Part shown: positions 17,430 to 26,322 of the stretch, piece after piece | Position numbering within the stretch: the stretch's first letter is position 1 | Layout: every line of letters begins with the position of its first letter | Source of the DNA: a virus | Virus record (IMG/VR): IMGVR_UViG_3300046808_001301 | Length of the DNA: 64,000 bases | Strand: one strand, 5' to 3' | Notes under the pieces: generated by a model | Told to the model about the DNA's origin: nothing | Seen by the model: only the letters and a program-made list of their open reading frames with translations | Database searches by the model: none | Position numbers and translations under genes: made by a program

Positions 17430-17505
17430 TTGTTGTAATTAGTTAAGTTTTTTAAAAAATAAAGGTTGATTACTTTTAATGAAGTATTATTCTATTAGAA
17501 ATTAT

Positions 17506-17772
17506 ATGTCACAGAATTTTTTGCACAACTATGTTTCAAATTTATCAAACGAATACCACCAACACCCAGAGGTGCAACAAATGGTTTTTGGGCTGGAGGG
17601 AATTATGGGTCCTCACTTTGACTCCACAATTGTTGATGTATGTGTAGAGCGCCAAGCCTGGAAAGAGCTATGTGAAGAATTATACGATGTTGTTTTAGCT
17701 GCTCGTTACAAAACAGATGATTGGGAAACTGAGTTGGCTCGACTGACTCAAAAAATCGAAGATTCAGAATGA
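17506..17772 (+). CDS. hypothetical protein
   Basis: ORF after TTGATT...TATTCT promoter. Confidence 0.7.
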   Translation: MSQNFLHNYVSNLSNEYHQHPEVQQMVFGLEGIMGPHFDSTIVDVCVERQAWKELCEELYDVVLAARYKTDDWETELARLTQKIEDSE

Positions 17773-18218
17773 AAAGAATATACAAATATCCTTCTGAAAC
17801 TGTTTCAATTTCATTTAAAACAGCTTTTTATATTGTGATCGGAGTCCATCTTTTTGGAGCTTTGCTGTACTATGCTATGTCCCATAATAAAACTCCAAGC
17901 AACAAACAACAAGCTGTTGTAGCAGTAAAGCGTGGACCAATTTCTGATGCGCTGAACAACAACTGGCCCAAGAAACCAGAAGCTCCTAAACAGGCTGTAG
18001 CTGTTTCCCTCAAACAAACAATTCAACAACCAAAGTCTGTAGCTGTGGTCCAACTGCATCCCCAACCAGCAGAGTATACTTTAGCACCTGGTGATAATTT
18101 TTACACTGTGTCCAAAAAGCTTGGAGTATCATTTAATGACCTAGCTAAATATAATAATATTCATGACGTTAGAGCGCTTAGAGTAGGACAAGTAATAAAG
18201 GTTCCCCAGAAGAGCTAA
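17769..18218 (+). CDS. membrane-anchored LysM protein
   Basis: ISFKTAF + TM; YTLAPGDNFYTVSKK...LAKYNNI...LRVGQVIKVP. Confidence 0.9.
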   Translation: MKRIYKYPSETVSISFKTAFYIVIGVHLFGALLYYAMSHNKTPSNKQQAVVAVKRGPISDALNNNWPKKPEAPKQAVAVSLKQTIQQPKSVAVVQLHPQPAEYTLAPGDNFYTVSKKLGVSFNDLAKYNNIHDVRALRVGQVIKVPQKS

Positions 18219-18463
18219 TTAAACATCATAGCTCCATAGCTTGAAAAGCTGTCTGCAAAAAATACCCCATTTAGAGCGCTTTTGGTATTTAGATAAGTAT
18301 ATTTGTTATGAAACAAAGATTGCGACGAGCATTTTTGCATTTTCGTTGTTTGTGTTTTAACCCCAAACATTGGAGATTTTATTTGTCAGGAATATTGCGA
18401 GAGATTACAAAAAAATAATTTTTTGTCGTTGAAATGTCCAAATACTCCTGTGAGCATAAGAGT

Positions 18464-20275
18464 ATGAAAAAGACACTAATTGGTTTAACCGCTCTTGTGA
18501 TTTCTTTGTATATTGGCATTTTCTTTTTTAGTTTAAGCTCAGACAAGCCTTTGAATGTAGTCTGCGTTAAGGACAAAGACAATGAAGAAGCCAAGCGCGA
18601 ACAATTCATTGCAATGTCTGCTGTGTTAACCTCTGGCATTGCTGAAACAGAAGTTGTTGATTTAAGTTACATTACAGTACCAGAACTTAAACAGGAAATT
18701 CAACGGTTACCAAAAAACGCTCAATTGAGGGCGCTGCAAAAAATTAAACAACTTCCGGTCAACGACATGAACAGCGTGCATGTTGGACCCAATGGCAGTA
18801 TTTTTTATACATGTCGATCATTAAAGCACAAACACGTTAATCCTTCTTTGTCTGCTCCTAGCGTTGTTAAATCTCAGTTGGTAACAAGTACCGTAAAGCC
18901 GTTTCCTATTTTAGTGTCTCAAATTCCTCAATTTAGCAGTAAGCCAGGATCAGCAAATATTTTGTATCTTTGTTTTGTTGGAGGAAATGTGACCAACACG
19001 TATTGGAATGGCTCAATTGAAACATACAATCCTTTGCCTTTTGATAGAGACGGAACTCCAGCAACATTTAATTCAGAAGAGCAAACTTTTTTAATACAAG
19101 TGTGGGAGAGCGTAGCTGAGGATTTTAAGCCGTTTGACGTTAACGTTACAACCGTTTCTCCGACAGCGGCTCAAATGGCGACAAATAAAGTAATATGGTG
19201 TTACATAACTCCCACAGTTGATTCGAACGGTAACTATCTTCCGTATGCTCCATATGCTGGCGGAGTAGCCTATTTTGACGTGTTTGGCTCAGCTGATTAT
19301 TCTCAATTGTCTCCTATTTGGAATTACAACATATGGGACATGAGCAATTGCGCAGCAACTGTTTCTCATGAAGCTGGCCATAATTTAGGATTATCTCATG
19401 ATGGCACGTTTTCATCGGAATATTATACCGGACATACTGCTAACGGAAGTAACAGCGGAACAAATTGGTTTCCGATTATGGGCAGCGGAATAGGAGTTTC
19501 CCATTGGAGTAAAGGAGAGTACTTCAATGCAAACAATTTCGAAGATGATTTAGCAATTATTGGTACCAAATTAAACTTCAATTTTGACGATAATAGTTCT
19601 TTCAGGCCCTGTTCAGTTTCGTCTACTGGTTATTTCGCAAACGGTACAATAGATTGCAATGACCGCATAGACATTTTTGAATTCAAGGCCCAAACTAATA
19701 TGATTACATTTAATTCAACGTCCAGTATTGCGGACGGGAATTTGGGAATGAGGTTGCAAATTATGAATGGCGGCAACATTCCTCTAGCTAGTAGTGTTAA
19801 TGGAACAGTTGGTCAAAATATCACAGTAACATGCAACAATCTTGTAATAGGAAGCATTTACAGGCTTGCTATATTGCCCATTGGGTCTGGAGCTCCAACA
19901 TCCGTGACACCAACTGGATATACTTCATATGGAAGTTTAGGGAGCTATACTATAACTCAAACGAGCCCAGTGTCTCCAACTCCAACGCCAACTCCTAGTC
20001 CCACTCCTGCTCTTGTTCCAGTTATTAAAACGGAAACAATACACGCGTATGCTAAAGCGTTTAGGTTTTTATACTGGTTAACTGCCTCAAATTCTCCGAC
20101 GACGTGGAAAATAGTTTCCGGTAAGTTGCCAGCAGGTTTAAAATTTGATACCAAGACAAGTTGCATATCAGGCATTCCAACTGTGACTGGAACATTCATG
20201 TTTAATGTCACTGCAACGAACCGACACGGAACATCTAAGCCAACATTAATTGTAATAAAACTTTATCGGTATTGA
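18464..20275 (+). CDS. exported metzincin zinc metalloprotease with C-terminal putative Ig domain
   Basis: N-terminal TM/signal; HEAGHNLGLSHD; IMG Met-turn; PT linker; LPAGL.FD..T..ISG.PT..GT. Confidence 0.85.
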   Translation: MKKTLIGLTALVISLYIGIFFFSLSSDKPLNVVCVKDKDNEEAKREQFIAMSAVLTSGIAETEVVDLSYITVPELKQEIQRLPKNAQLRALQKIKQLPVNDMNSVHVGPNGSIFYTCRSLKHKHVNPSLSAPSVVKSQLVTSTVKPFPILVSQIPQFSSKPGSANILYLCFVGGNVTNTYWNGSIETYNPLPFDRDGTPATFNSEEQTFLIQVWESVAEDFKPFDVNVTTVSPTAAQMATNKVIWCYITPTVDSNGNYLPYAPYAGGVAYFDVFGSADYSQLSPIWNYNIWDMSNCAATVSHEAGHNLGLSHDGTFSSEYYTGHTANGSNSGTNWFPIMGSGIGVSHWSKGEYFNANNFEDDLAIIGTKLNFNFDDNSSFRPCSVSSTGYFANGTIDCNDRIDIFEFKAQTNMITFNSTSSIADGNLGMRLQIMNGGNIPLASSVNGTVGQNITVTCNNLVIGSIYRLAILPIGSGAPTSVTPTGYTSYGSLGSYTITQTSPVSPTPTPTPSPTPALVPVIKTETIHAYAKAFRFLYWLTASNSPTTWKIVSGKLPAGLKFDTKTSCISGIPTVTGTFMFNVTATNRHGTSKPTLIVIKLYRY

Positions 20276-20313
20276 AGCGTTGACTTGTTTATAATTTTTT
20301 ATAGTCTTAATTT

Positions 20314-20808
20314 ATGAGCACAAACAAAAACACCTACCACATTGATGTAACTCAAGAAGAAGATGCTTGGTTTAAAGACCCAGTAATTCCTTCTCAAGAA
20401 GAAAAAAAATCGCCGATTTCATTTAAAACGGCATTTGTAATCGCACTAGTCGTGCACGCAATTGGAGCAATTGCTTTAATCTCAACCGCTCAAAAGGCTA
20501 GCGCAAAGGAGCTAGGAACAGAACCAATAAAAACAACACCTGCTGCTCAGATCCCTGTTCAGACTCCGACACCTGTGCCCAAACCATCTCCAGACGCTCA
20601 GCCTGTAGAGCGTCAAGTTTCTCAGACCGTCTCTGCAGAAAAGGTTGTTCCAAACAACCTAACAAAAGTATACGTTGTAAAACAAGGAGACAGTCTTAAT
20701 TCAATTGCTAGAAAATATAAACTTAGCACTCAACAACTTATAAAATTAAACAACATTACTGATCCAAACAAAATTAAAATTGGACAAACGTTGAAGTTCC
20801 TACACTAA
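20314..20808 (+). CDS. membrane-anchored LysM protein
   Basis: ISFKTAF + TM; YVVKQGDSLNSIARKY...LIKLNNI...IKIGQTL. Confidence 0.9.
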   Translation: MSTNKNTYHIDVTQEEDAWFKDPVIPSQEEKKSPISFKTAFVIALVVHAIGAIALISTAQKASAKELGTEPIKTTPAAQIPVQTPTPVPKPSPDAQPVERQVSQTVSAEKVVPNNLTKVYVVKQGDSLNSIARKYKLSTQQLIKLNNITDPNKIKIGQTLKFLH

Positions 20809-21488
20809 TGAAAACTTGGGTTTTAATTATAGCATGCGTAATCGGTTCTTTGTTTGCTTATGGTCGATACAACGGCGCGCAAGCCAAAAAGCACAGAGAG
20901 CAAAAAAGCCATGTTCTTGTTAATAAACAAATTGAAGAGTACTGGCCACAAGCACAAGGAGCCAAAGTAGTAACGTATCCAAAACAAGTTCCTACAAAGC
21001 CTGTCAACAAAAGCAATATTGATAACATATGTCAGTCGGTTGCTCTCAAGGTTGGTAATTTGTATGAACAGCTCGAATCTGCATTGACGGTAGGATATAA
21101 GATAGTTTGTTCGACGATTAACAACCTAGAAATTAAAACAGCAAAAACAAGCAAATCTCCCTTTATTGATTTGTTCCCCGAGCCAGTAAAAATTGTTGAC
21201 AAGAGCATCGAGAAAAAACCAGCTGTTAAACGCCCACGGCCTTCAGCAAATGAAAAAATTGTTCGCAAACGTCCCGAACAACCCACGAGAAGTTCTTCTG
21301 TTATAACAAGAACCGTTCCTTTACAGATAGCAGAGATGCCGAGAACCATTCCTTTAGAGATAACAGAAACGTCAGTTCCTGTACCAATAGTAAACAGCAA
21401 TAATGAAATCGAAATTCACTCAATAAACGCCACGCCAGCTGTTCCAAGAGCTAATTTTGATTATGTTGTAGTAAATTACAATCGCTAA
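20808..21488 (+). CDS. exported Pro-rich hypothetical protein
   Basis: N-terminal signal or TM. Confidence 0.7.
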   Translation: MKTWVLIIACVIGSLFAYGRYNGAQAKKHREQKSHVLVNKQIEEYWPQAQGAKVVTYPKQVPTKPVNKSNIDNICQSVALKVGNLYEQLESALTVGYKIVCSTINNLEIKTAKTSKSPFIDLFPEPVKIVDKSIEKKPAVKRPRPSANEKIVRKRPEQPTRSSSVITRTVPLQIAEMPRTIPLEITETSVPVPIVNSNNEIEIHSINATPAVPRANFDYVVVNYNR

Positions 21489-21571
21489 TGTACAGTATCT
21501 TACAAAGAGTGACGCATTGATTCATTTTAAAATAACATTAATTACATTAAAGGGCTAAACATGAAAACGAG

Positions 21572-21792
21572 CCGCGACCCACTGATAAGGGGAGGTTTGG
21601 TCCTGAGACGTCGCGGGTAAACGTCTCGCTTATACCAGATCCGATTAGGCAGGGAGTAATAAGTAAACTTCGTCCAGCGTGTTAAAACACGGTAGCCAAT
21701 GAAGAACTTTCTGGTATAATACATTTTGATCTCTGCCAAAGGCAGGAATCCTACAGAGGCTTGACCATTGAGCCAGCGATGCAAATCAGTGG
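21572..21792 (+). ncRNA. orphan structured RNA (about 220 nt) upstream of tmRNA
   Basis: CCACTGAT/ATCAGTGG, TTATACCAGA/TCTGGTATAA, GAGACGT/ACGTCTC, CCGCGAC/GTCGCGG pairings. Confidence 0.65.
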
Positions 21793-21810
21793 TAACGATC
21801 TTTGAAATTT

Positions 21811-22267
21811 GGGGGCGTACTGGTTTCGATTTATAGTCGGAATTAAAAGCGCATGCCGTGGTTGATCTGTTGGCCACGTTAAAAGCAGATCAAAAACTAA
21901 ACGCAGAAGACAACACTTCTGACCTCTTAGCTGAGGCCGAGTATATCTTCAACAATGCTGACGAAGTCCTCGCTAGCTTTGAAGAAGAGTACGAACTCGC
22001 AGCCTAAGAGCCTAGTAGAGGATCCTCTAAATCTACTTTGAACGACAGAGGTTCGTGCACGAGGTGACTAGTGTGGTAAAATTAGTCATAGGTGATATGC
22101 GGTCTTTAATCACGCATATAGGCAGACATAAAACTCGGTTGGTGCAACCAAACAGCCTATTGTCTCCGTTACCGTAGGGTAGCTGAAATGTTGAATGTAT
22201 CCAAGCATGTGAAGACCTTTTAATGTAAATTATAAAGACAGGGGTTCAACTCCCCTCGCCTCCACCA
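21811..22267 (+). ncRNA. ssrA: tmRNA
   Basis: GGGGGCG...CGCCTCCACCA with G3-U70, GGTTTCGA 5' motif, T-arm, tag ORF 21903-22007 ending YELAA*. Confidence 0.95.
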
Positions 22268-22272
22268 CTTTT

Positions 22273-22359
22273 GGAACGATGGCTGAGCGGCTTAAGGCAG
22301 AGCTTTGCTAAAGCTCCGAGGCCTAAAAACCTCCGAAGGTTCAAATCCTTCTCGTTCCG
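22273..22359 (+). tRNA. tRNA-Ser(GCU)
   Basis: Cloverleaf with long variable arm. Confidence 0.9.
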
Positions 22360-22365
22360 CTTAAC

Positions 22366-22454
22366 GGACAGATGGCAGAGTTGGTCTATTGCATCTGACT
22401 TGAAATCAGAAGTACCGAAAGGTACCGTGGGTTCGAATCCTACTCTGTCCGCCA
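22366..22454 (+). tRNA. tRNA-Ser(UGA)
   Basis: Cloverleaf, long variable arm, CCA. Confidence 0.95.
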
Positions 22455-22498
22455 TTTTTTCGCTTGAATGTCCAAAATAAATGTGTATTATATAAATC

Positions 22499-22765
22499 AT
22501 GCAACCAACCATTAAAGACCTAAGAAGGCAAGGATATAAAGTTCGAGTTATTCACAAGCGACATACGATTAAAGTTCAAAAAATTATGGGTTTTGCTTAC
22601 GAAGTTTCAGCTAAAGGAGGTACTACTTTTATTGAAATTACGACGCCCGATAAACAGCATACCGTTTCAGGGTCTGCAAAATGTTCTTTGGAAGACAATT
22701 TTAACAGAAAAGTCGCTAACGCAATCGCCGTTGGTCGAGCTTTAAAAAAGCTGGAAAGCATGTAA
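22499..22765 (+). CDS. phage protein, Gp49/Gp66-like motif
   Basis: GSAKCSLEDNFNRKVA..IAVGRA; leaderless promoter 22464-22491. Confidence 0.6.
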   Translation: MQPTIKDLRRQGYKVRVIHKRHTIKVQKIMGFAYEVSAKGGTTFIEITTPDKQHTVSGSAKCSLEDNFNRKVANAIAVGRALKKLESM

Positions 22766-22772
22766 TTTAAAT

Positions 22773-22857
22773 GCTCGGATGGCGTAATGGCAGCCGCAAC
22801 GGACTTAAAATCCGTTGGTCTTTGACCGTGAGGGTTCGAGTCCCTCTCCGAGTACCA
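22773..22857 (+). tRNA. tRNA-Leu(UAA)
   Basis: Cloverleaf, CCA. Confidence 0.95.
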
Positions 22858-22867
22858 ATTTTAATAT

Positions 22868-22950
22868 GGGTAGATACCGAAGTGGCCAAACGGGGCGGAC
22901 TGTAAATCCGCTGGCTTACGCCTTCACTGGTTCGAATCCAGTTCTGCCCA
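22868..22950 (+). tRNA. tRNA-Tyr(GUA)
   Basis: Cloverleaf. Confidence 0.95.
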
Positions 22951-22956
22951 TTTTTT

Positions 22957-23031
22957 GGACTTGTAGCTCAGCGGTAGAGCGGTAGTTTTACACACTATTG
23001 GTCGTAGGTTCAACTCCTATCGAGTCCACCA
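22957..23031 (+). tRNA. tRNA-Val(UAC)
   Basis: Cloverleaf, CCA. Confidence 0.9.
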
Positions 23032-23035
23032 TTTT

Positions 23036-23299
23036 ATGAATACAATACGCGAAATATCTGGAATTATAATGGCACTGTGCTTTATGTTTTGTTATGTTCC
23101 TCAGATTATCAAAATTACAAAAACCAAATCAGCCAAAGACGTTTCTTTATCTTTAATTTTTATGTGCATGGGCGGATATACTTTTGGTTTGATTTACATG
23201 TTTTTAACAAGCTTTGCTTTGTGGATATTTTTAAATTATTCTTTGGGTCTTGTCATGTCGTCGATATTGGTGTATATTTGCTATAAATACAAAAAATAG
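23036..23299 (+). CDS. PQ-loop / SemiSWEET-like 3-TM transporter
   Basis: 87 aa, three TM helices, YVPQIIKI.KTKSAKDVS motif. Confidence 0.8.
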   Translation: MNTIREISGIIMALCFMFCYVPQIIKITKTKSAKDVSLSLIFMCMGGYTFGLIYMFLTSFALWIFLNYSLGLVMSSILVYICYKYKK

Positions 23300-23374
23300 A
23301 CTTGTAGCTCAGTTGGTTAGAGCAATTCATTGATAATGAATAGGTCGCTGGTTCGAGCCCAGCCAGGTCTACCA
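23298..23374 (+). tRNA. tRNA-Ile(GAU)
   Basis: Cloverleaf, CCA; TATAAATA at 23282. Confidence 0.9.
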
Positions 23375-23375
23375 C

Positions 23376-23450
23376 GCTCCCATAGTGTAATGGTTAGCAC
23401 ACTACCCTTTCACGGTGGTAGTAAGGGTTCAAATCCCTTTGGGAGTGCCA
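23376..23450 (+). tRNA. tRNA-Glu(UUC)
   Basis: Cloverleaf, CCA. Confidence 0.95.
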
Positions 23451-23455
23451 TTTAA

Positions 23456-23528
23456 TACGGAGTAGCACAATTGGTAGTGCATCAGAATTTGGATCTGAGG
23501 GTTGAAAGTTCGAGTCTTTCCTCCGTAG
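23456..23528 (+). tRNA. tRNA-Gln(UUG)
   Basis: Cloverleaf, U1-A72, loop ATTTGGA. Confidence 0.85.
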
Positions 23529-23536
23529 CTTTGGTA

Positions 23537-24628
23537 TTATTTGAATACAGCAAACTTGCTGTTGCCTGGCATAGAATAAGAACTAACATCAAACGAATAT
23601 AATTTAGATTGTTCCCATATGTTTGTGTTGTCTAAATTTTCTTGCAAACATTCTAATTTCTTCGCTTCCCAATCTGTGTTATCAATTATTGACTTTATAT
23701 AATCAATTACACTCTGTTTTGTTAGACGGTTGTTTGCAAAAGCATAAGCATTAGCTTTAATGTGTTCTTCTAATTTAGGATCATTTTTAATCAATTCTAT
23801 TTTTGAAGCTAAGTCCTGAATGTTATCTACGGGAACATAGTGTTCCCAAGGAGTTAAAAACTTATCATAAAACTCATCGTGATGTCTGTTAATTCTAAAA
23901 ATTAATCTATTAGAAAAATAAAAAAACTTTACTCGATCAGACCACGTATTTCCTTGTATATCTAAAAGATATCTCCACTTTTTAATCTGATCGGCATAAG
24001 AAATATAATTTGGAGGCCAAGTTGCTCCTGTAGCATTACTGTCAAACAACGGAGAGTTTTTATACCAAGATACATCTATAATGTCAATGTCTGGATGAGA
24101 GTTATAATGATTGAGCATTTCAATTCGTCTCCAATTGTGTTCGATTAATCCAGCCCAACCTACTTTGTTTGTTAAAGGTTGAGTCTGTCCTGCTTGTTTT
24201 ATACTCTCAACAATTGCTTCGTATGAATCGTCTCCTTCTCCAGGAAATCCATACCTGCCTTTAAGCGTAGGAGAATCAAAACAATAATCAGGAAACAAAG
24301 TGTTTGGATTGCTTATTGTTTCATCCCAGTGAGTGCAATACATAAATGCAGGTTTGTTTAAAAATTTTCGTGGAACATCTTCACACGACAACACACATTC
24401 AAAATTCGGCCTTGTTGATAATTTATATGCCTCTTGAAATAATCGCAAAGTAGATGTTTGTCTTGCAACAGAAGATTGTCCGTTTTCAGTACCAGTAACA
24501 CTCCACAATTCGCCGTTAATTGACTTTAGGTCTACTCGAGAAGGAGGAAAATCTACTCTCTTGTTTATCATGTCGTTAGCGTGTTCAATTAAACAACCAT
24601 GAGCCCATTGCTTTTGTTCTTCTGTCAT
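23537..24628 (-). CDS. glycosyltransferase family 90 (CAP10/POGLUT-like)
   Basis: YLLDIQGNTWSDRVKFF, PWEHYVPV, GWAG; TATAAATA late promoter at 24638-24645 (- strand). Confidence 0.8.
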   Translation of the reverse strand: MTEEQKQWAHGCLIEHANDMINKRVDFPPSRVDLKSINGELWSVTGTENGQSSVARQTSTLRLFQEAYKLSTRPNFECVLSCEDVPRKFLNKPAFMYCTHWDETISNPNTLFPDYCFDSPTLKGRYGFPGEGDDSYEAIVESIKQAGQTQPLTNKVGWAGLIEHNWRRIEMLNHYNSHPDIDIIDVSWYKNSPLFDSNATGATWPPNYISYADQIKKWRYLLDIQGNTWSDRVKFFYFSNRLIFRINRHHDEFYDKFLTPWEHYVPVDNIQDLASKIELIKNDPKLEEHIKANAYAFANNRLTKQSVIDYIKSIIDNTDWEAKKLECLQENLDNTNIWEQSKLYSFDVSSYSMPGNSKFAVFK

Positions 24629-24827
24629 ACGAGAACATATTTATAAAAATTAATTAATTACACAACAAATGAAGGTTTCTCCTATACAATCAACAACTAC
24701 TACATTCAAAAACTTTTTTAAACAAAAGGAAGAAAAGAAAAAACAAGAAAAAAAAGAAAAAAAAGTTGATGCGTCCACCATAAAGAAGGATAGTAATTTT
24801 ATTGGATGGGCATAAATAGTTTCATAT

Positions 24828-24899
24828 TGCGGGTTACAATTCTGGGAATTGGGGGGTCTCATAAGCCTCTTCAGGAGGGTTCGATTCCCTCACCCGCTA
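24828..24899 (+). tRNA. tRNA-Met(CAU), initiator-like
   Basis: 1:72 mismatch, GCGGG acceptor, CTCATAA loop; atypical D-arm. Confidence 0.8.
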
Positions 24900-24908
24900 A
24901 TCTTTTTT

Positions 24909-24983
24909 GCCGACATAGCTCAGTGGTAGAGCAACGGTTTTGTAAACCGTCGGTCCTCGGTTCGAATCCGAGTGTCGGCTCCA
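24909..24983 (+). tRNA. tRNA-Thr(UGU)
   Basis: Cloverleaf, CCA. Confidence 0.95.
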
Positions 24984-24989
24984 ATTTTT

Positions 24990-25064
24990 TGGCGAGTAGC
25001 TCAGCGGTAGAGCGGGGAGCTGTTAACTCCTTGGTCGTAGGTTCGAGTCCTACCTTGCCAGCCA
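24990..25064 (+). tRNA. tRNA-Asn(GUU)
   Basis: Cloverleaf, CCA. Confidence 0.95.
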
Positions 25065-25069
25065 CTTTC

Positions 25070-25146
25070 GTACCTGTAGCTCAGCTGGATAGAGCAATAG
25101 CCTTCTAAGCTATTGGCCGCTGGTTCGAACCCAGCCAGGTACGCCA
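25070..25146 (+). tRNA. tRNA-Arg(UCU)
   Basis: Cloverleaf, CCA. Confidence 0.95.
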
Positions 25147-25156
25147 TTTTAATATT

Positions 25157-25450
25157 ATGATTAAGACAAACATAGCAATAAGGAATCCGTTTGCAAAAGA
25201 TGCTCCAGTAAAATTTGATTTTTGGAAGGCTCTTGTAATCACTAAAAACAAATCATTCGAATTTCAAATTTGGCACGGTTCAATGTACTGTTTGTTTGAA
25301 TTTAGCCTGGATTTGAGTTGGAGAGGCTGCGATCACGCTGGACCGAGCCTTTATATTTCTTTATTTGGTTGGGATGTAACGTTTAAACTTTATGACAACA
25401 GACACTGGGACTACAAAAACGGAACTTGGCAATTACATACACAAAGTTGA
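25157..25450 (+). CDS. phage hypothetical protein (DHAG..., YDNRHWDY)
   Basis: ORF. Confidence 0.7.
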   Translation: MIKTNIAIRNPFAKDAPVKFDFWKALVITKNKSFEFQIWHGSMYCLFEFSLDLSWRGCDHAGPSLYISLFGWDVTFKLYDNRHWDYKNGTWQLHTQS

Positions 25451-25673
25451 GCGAAAACCAGCAGAGACGCTGGCTAATTGGTATGAAGTGATGTTGTCTC
25501 CGTTTAAGACTCGCAAAGAAGCAATAAGTTACATAGCAAAATACAAATGCTATTATCCTTCAGAAGACCAAACGTATAGGATTACAAAAATTAAATGTAA
25601 CCAAGATGGCGCATTCTGCGATGACGCTCCCGACCTGATTCTACACCAAGGTCGTATGTGTCAAACGGCTTAA
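25392..25673 (+). CDS. hypothetical protein (low confidence)
   Basis: ORF overlapping both neighbours. Confidence 0.4.
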   Translation: MTTDTGTTKTELGNYIHKVERKPAETLANWYEVMLSPFKTRKEAISYIAKYKCYYPSEDQTYRITKIKCNQDGAFCDDAPDLILHQGRMCQTA

Positions 25674-25992
25674 CTGTATCTTCTGCAACAGTGCTGAGCA
25701 CAATGTTTCCGGAGTTAACCGTTGCTTGTGAAAATATTCCCTCTGATGTTGCAGACAATGCTGAAACTGAAACAGTGTATGTTCCGAGAGTTGCTGTTAA
25801 CGCATCAAATTTATATGAGGAATCAGTTGCTCCGGAAATAGCAGTTCCTCCCTTTTTCCACTGATAAGCATACGTAGCTGTTGAAAAATCAGCAGAAGCA
25901 ACGACCGAAAATGTTGTGTCTTGTCCGAAAGGAACGTTTGTGAGAGTTGTTCCTGCATTTGGAGTTAGTGTTTTAATGATAACAGATGCCAT
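25591..25992 (-). CDS. Ig-like domain virion decoration protein (Hoc-like)
   Basis: TFSVVA...YAYQWKKGG.AISGAT.SSY....GTYTVSV; TAAGTA upstream. Confidence 0.7.
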   Translation of the reverse strand: MASVIIKTLTPNAGTTLTNVPFGQDTTFSVVASADFSTATYAYQWKKGGTAISGATDSSYKFDALTATLGTYTVSVSALSATSEGIFSQATVNSGNIVLSTVAEDTVKPFDTYDLGVESGRERHRRMRHLGYI

Positions 25993-26121
25993 GTTTTTAC
26001 TTATTCAAAATAGGGTGAAATTTTGTTGTTGTGTTGTCCGAATGACTTTTGTACAATATACGTCGAATGAAAAAACTAAAAAACAGCTGTTGTAAAACAA
26101 TAAAAAAAATCTAATATTAAA

Positions 26122-26322
26122 TTGATGTCTACCGAATATTTCCAACCAATGCTGTTTTCAGATATGAAACCAATTCCTCAGCCAGAAAATAACTATCAAA
26201 TTAGAAGCTTCGATGATCCAACGTTTAGCTTGTCGTTTGCGTTAAACGAAGACGAAGAGCCTGAAACTCGAGCATTGGAACAACTTGGTTATTTTATTGT
26301 ATCGGAGGCAACCATTGAATAA
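26122..26322 (+). CDS. hypothetical protein
   Basis: ORF. Confidence 0.6.
   Translation: MMSTEYFQPMLFSDMKPIPQPENNYQIRSFDDPTFSLSFALNEDEEPETRALEQLGYFIVSEATIE

Noticed and set aside
21572-21792. RNase P RNA or group I intron call
   Set aside because: The GAGGAAAGUCC/P4 pairing and the group I P7 core are not present.
21903-22007. Resemblance of tmRNA tag segment DLLAEAEY to the QQLLEEAY leader
   Set aside because: The register differs and the similarity is too short to separate from generic acidic helix composition.
21542-22512. ORFs 21542-21877(-), 22246-22512(-) and 22271-22480(+)
   Set aside because: Shadow ORFs over the structured RNA, tmRNA and tRNA-Ser genes.
24650-25108. ORFs across the Met/Thr/Asn/Arg tRNAs
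   Set aside because: Shadows of tRNA genes.
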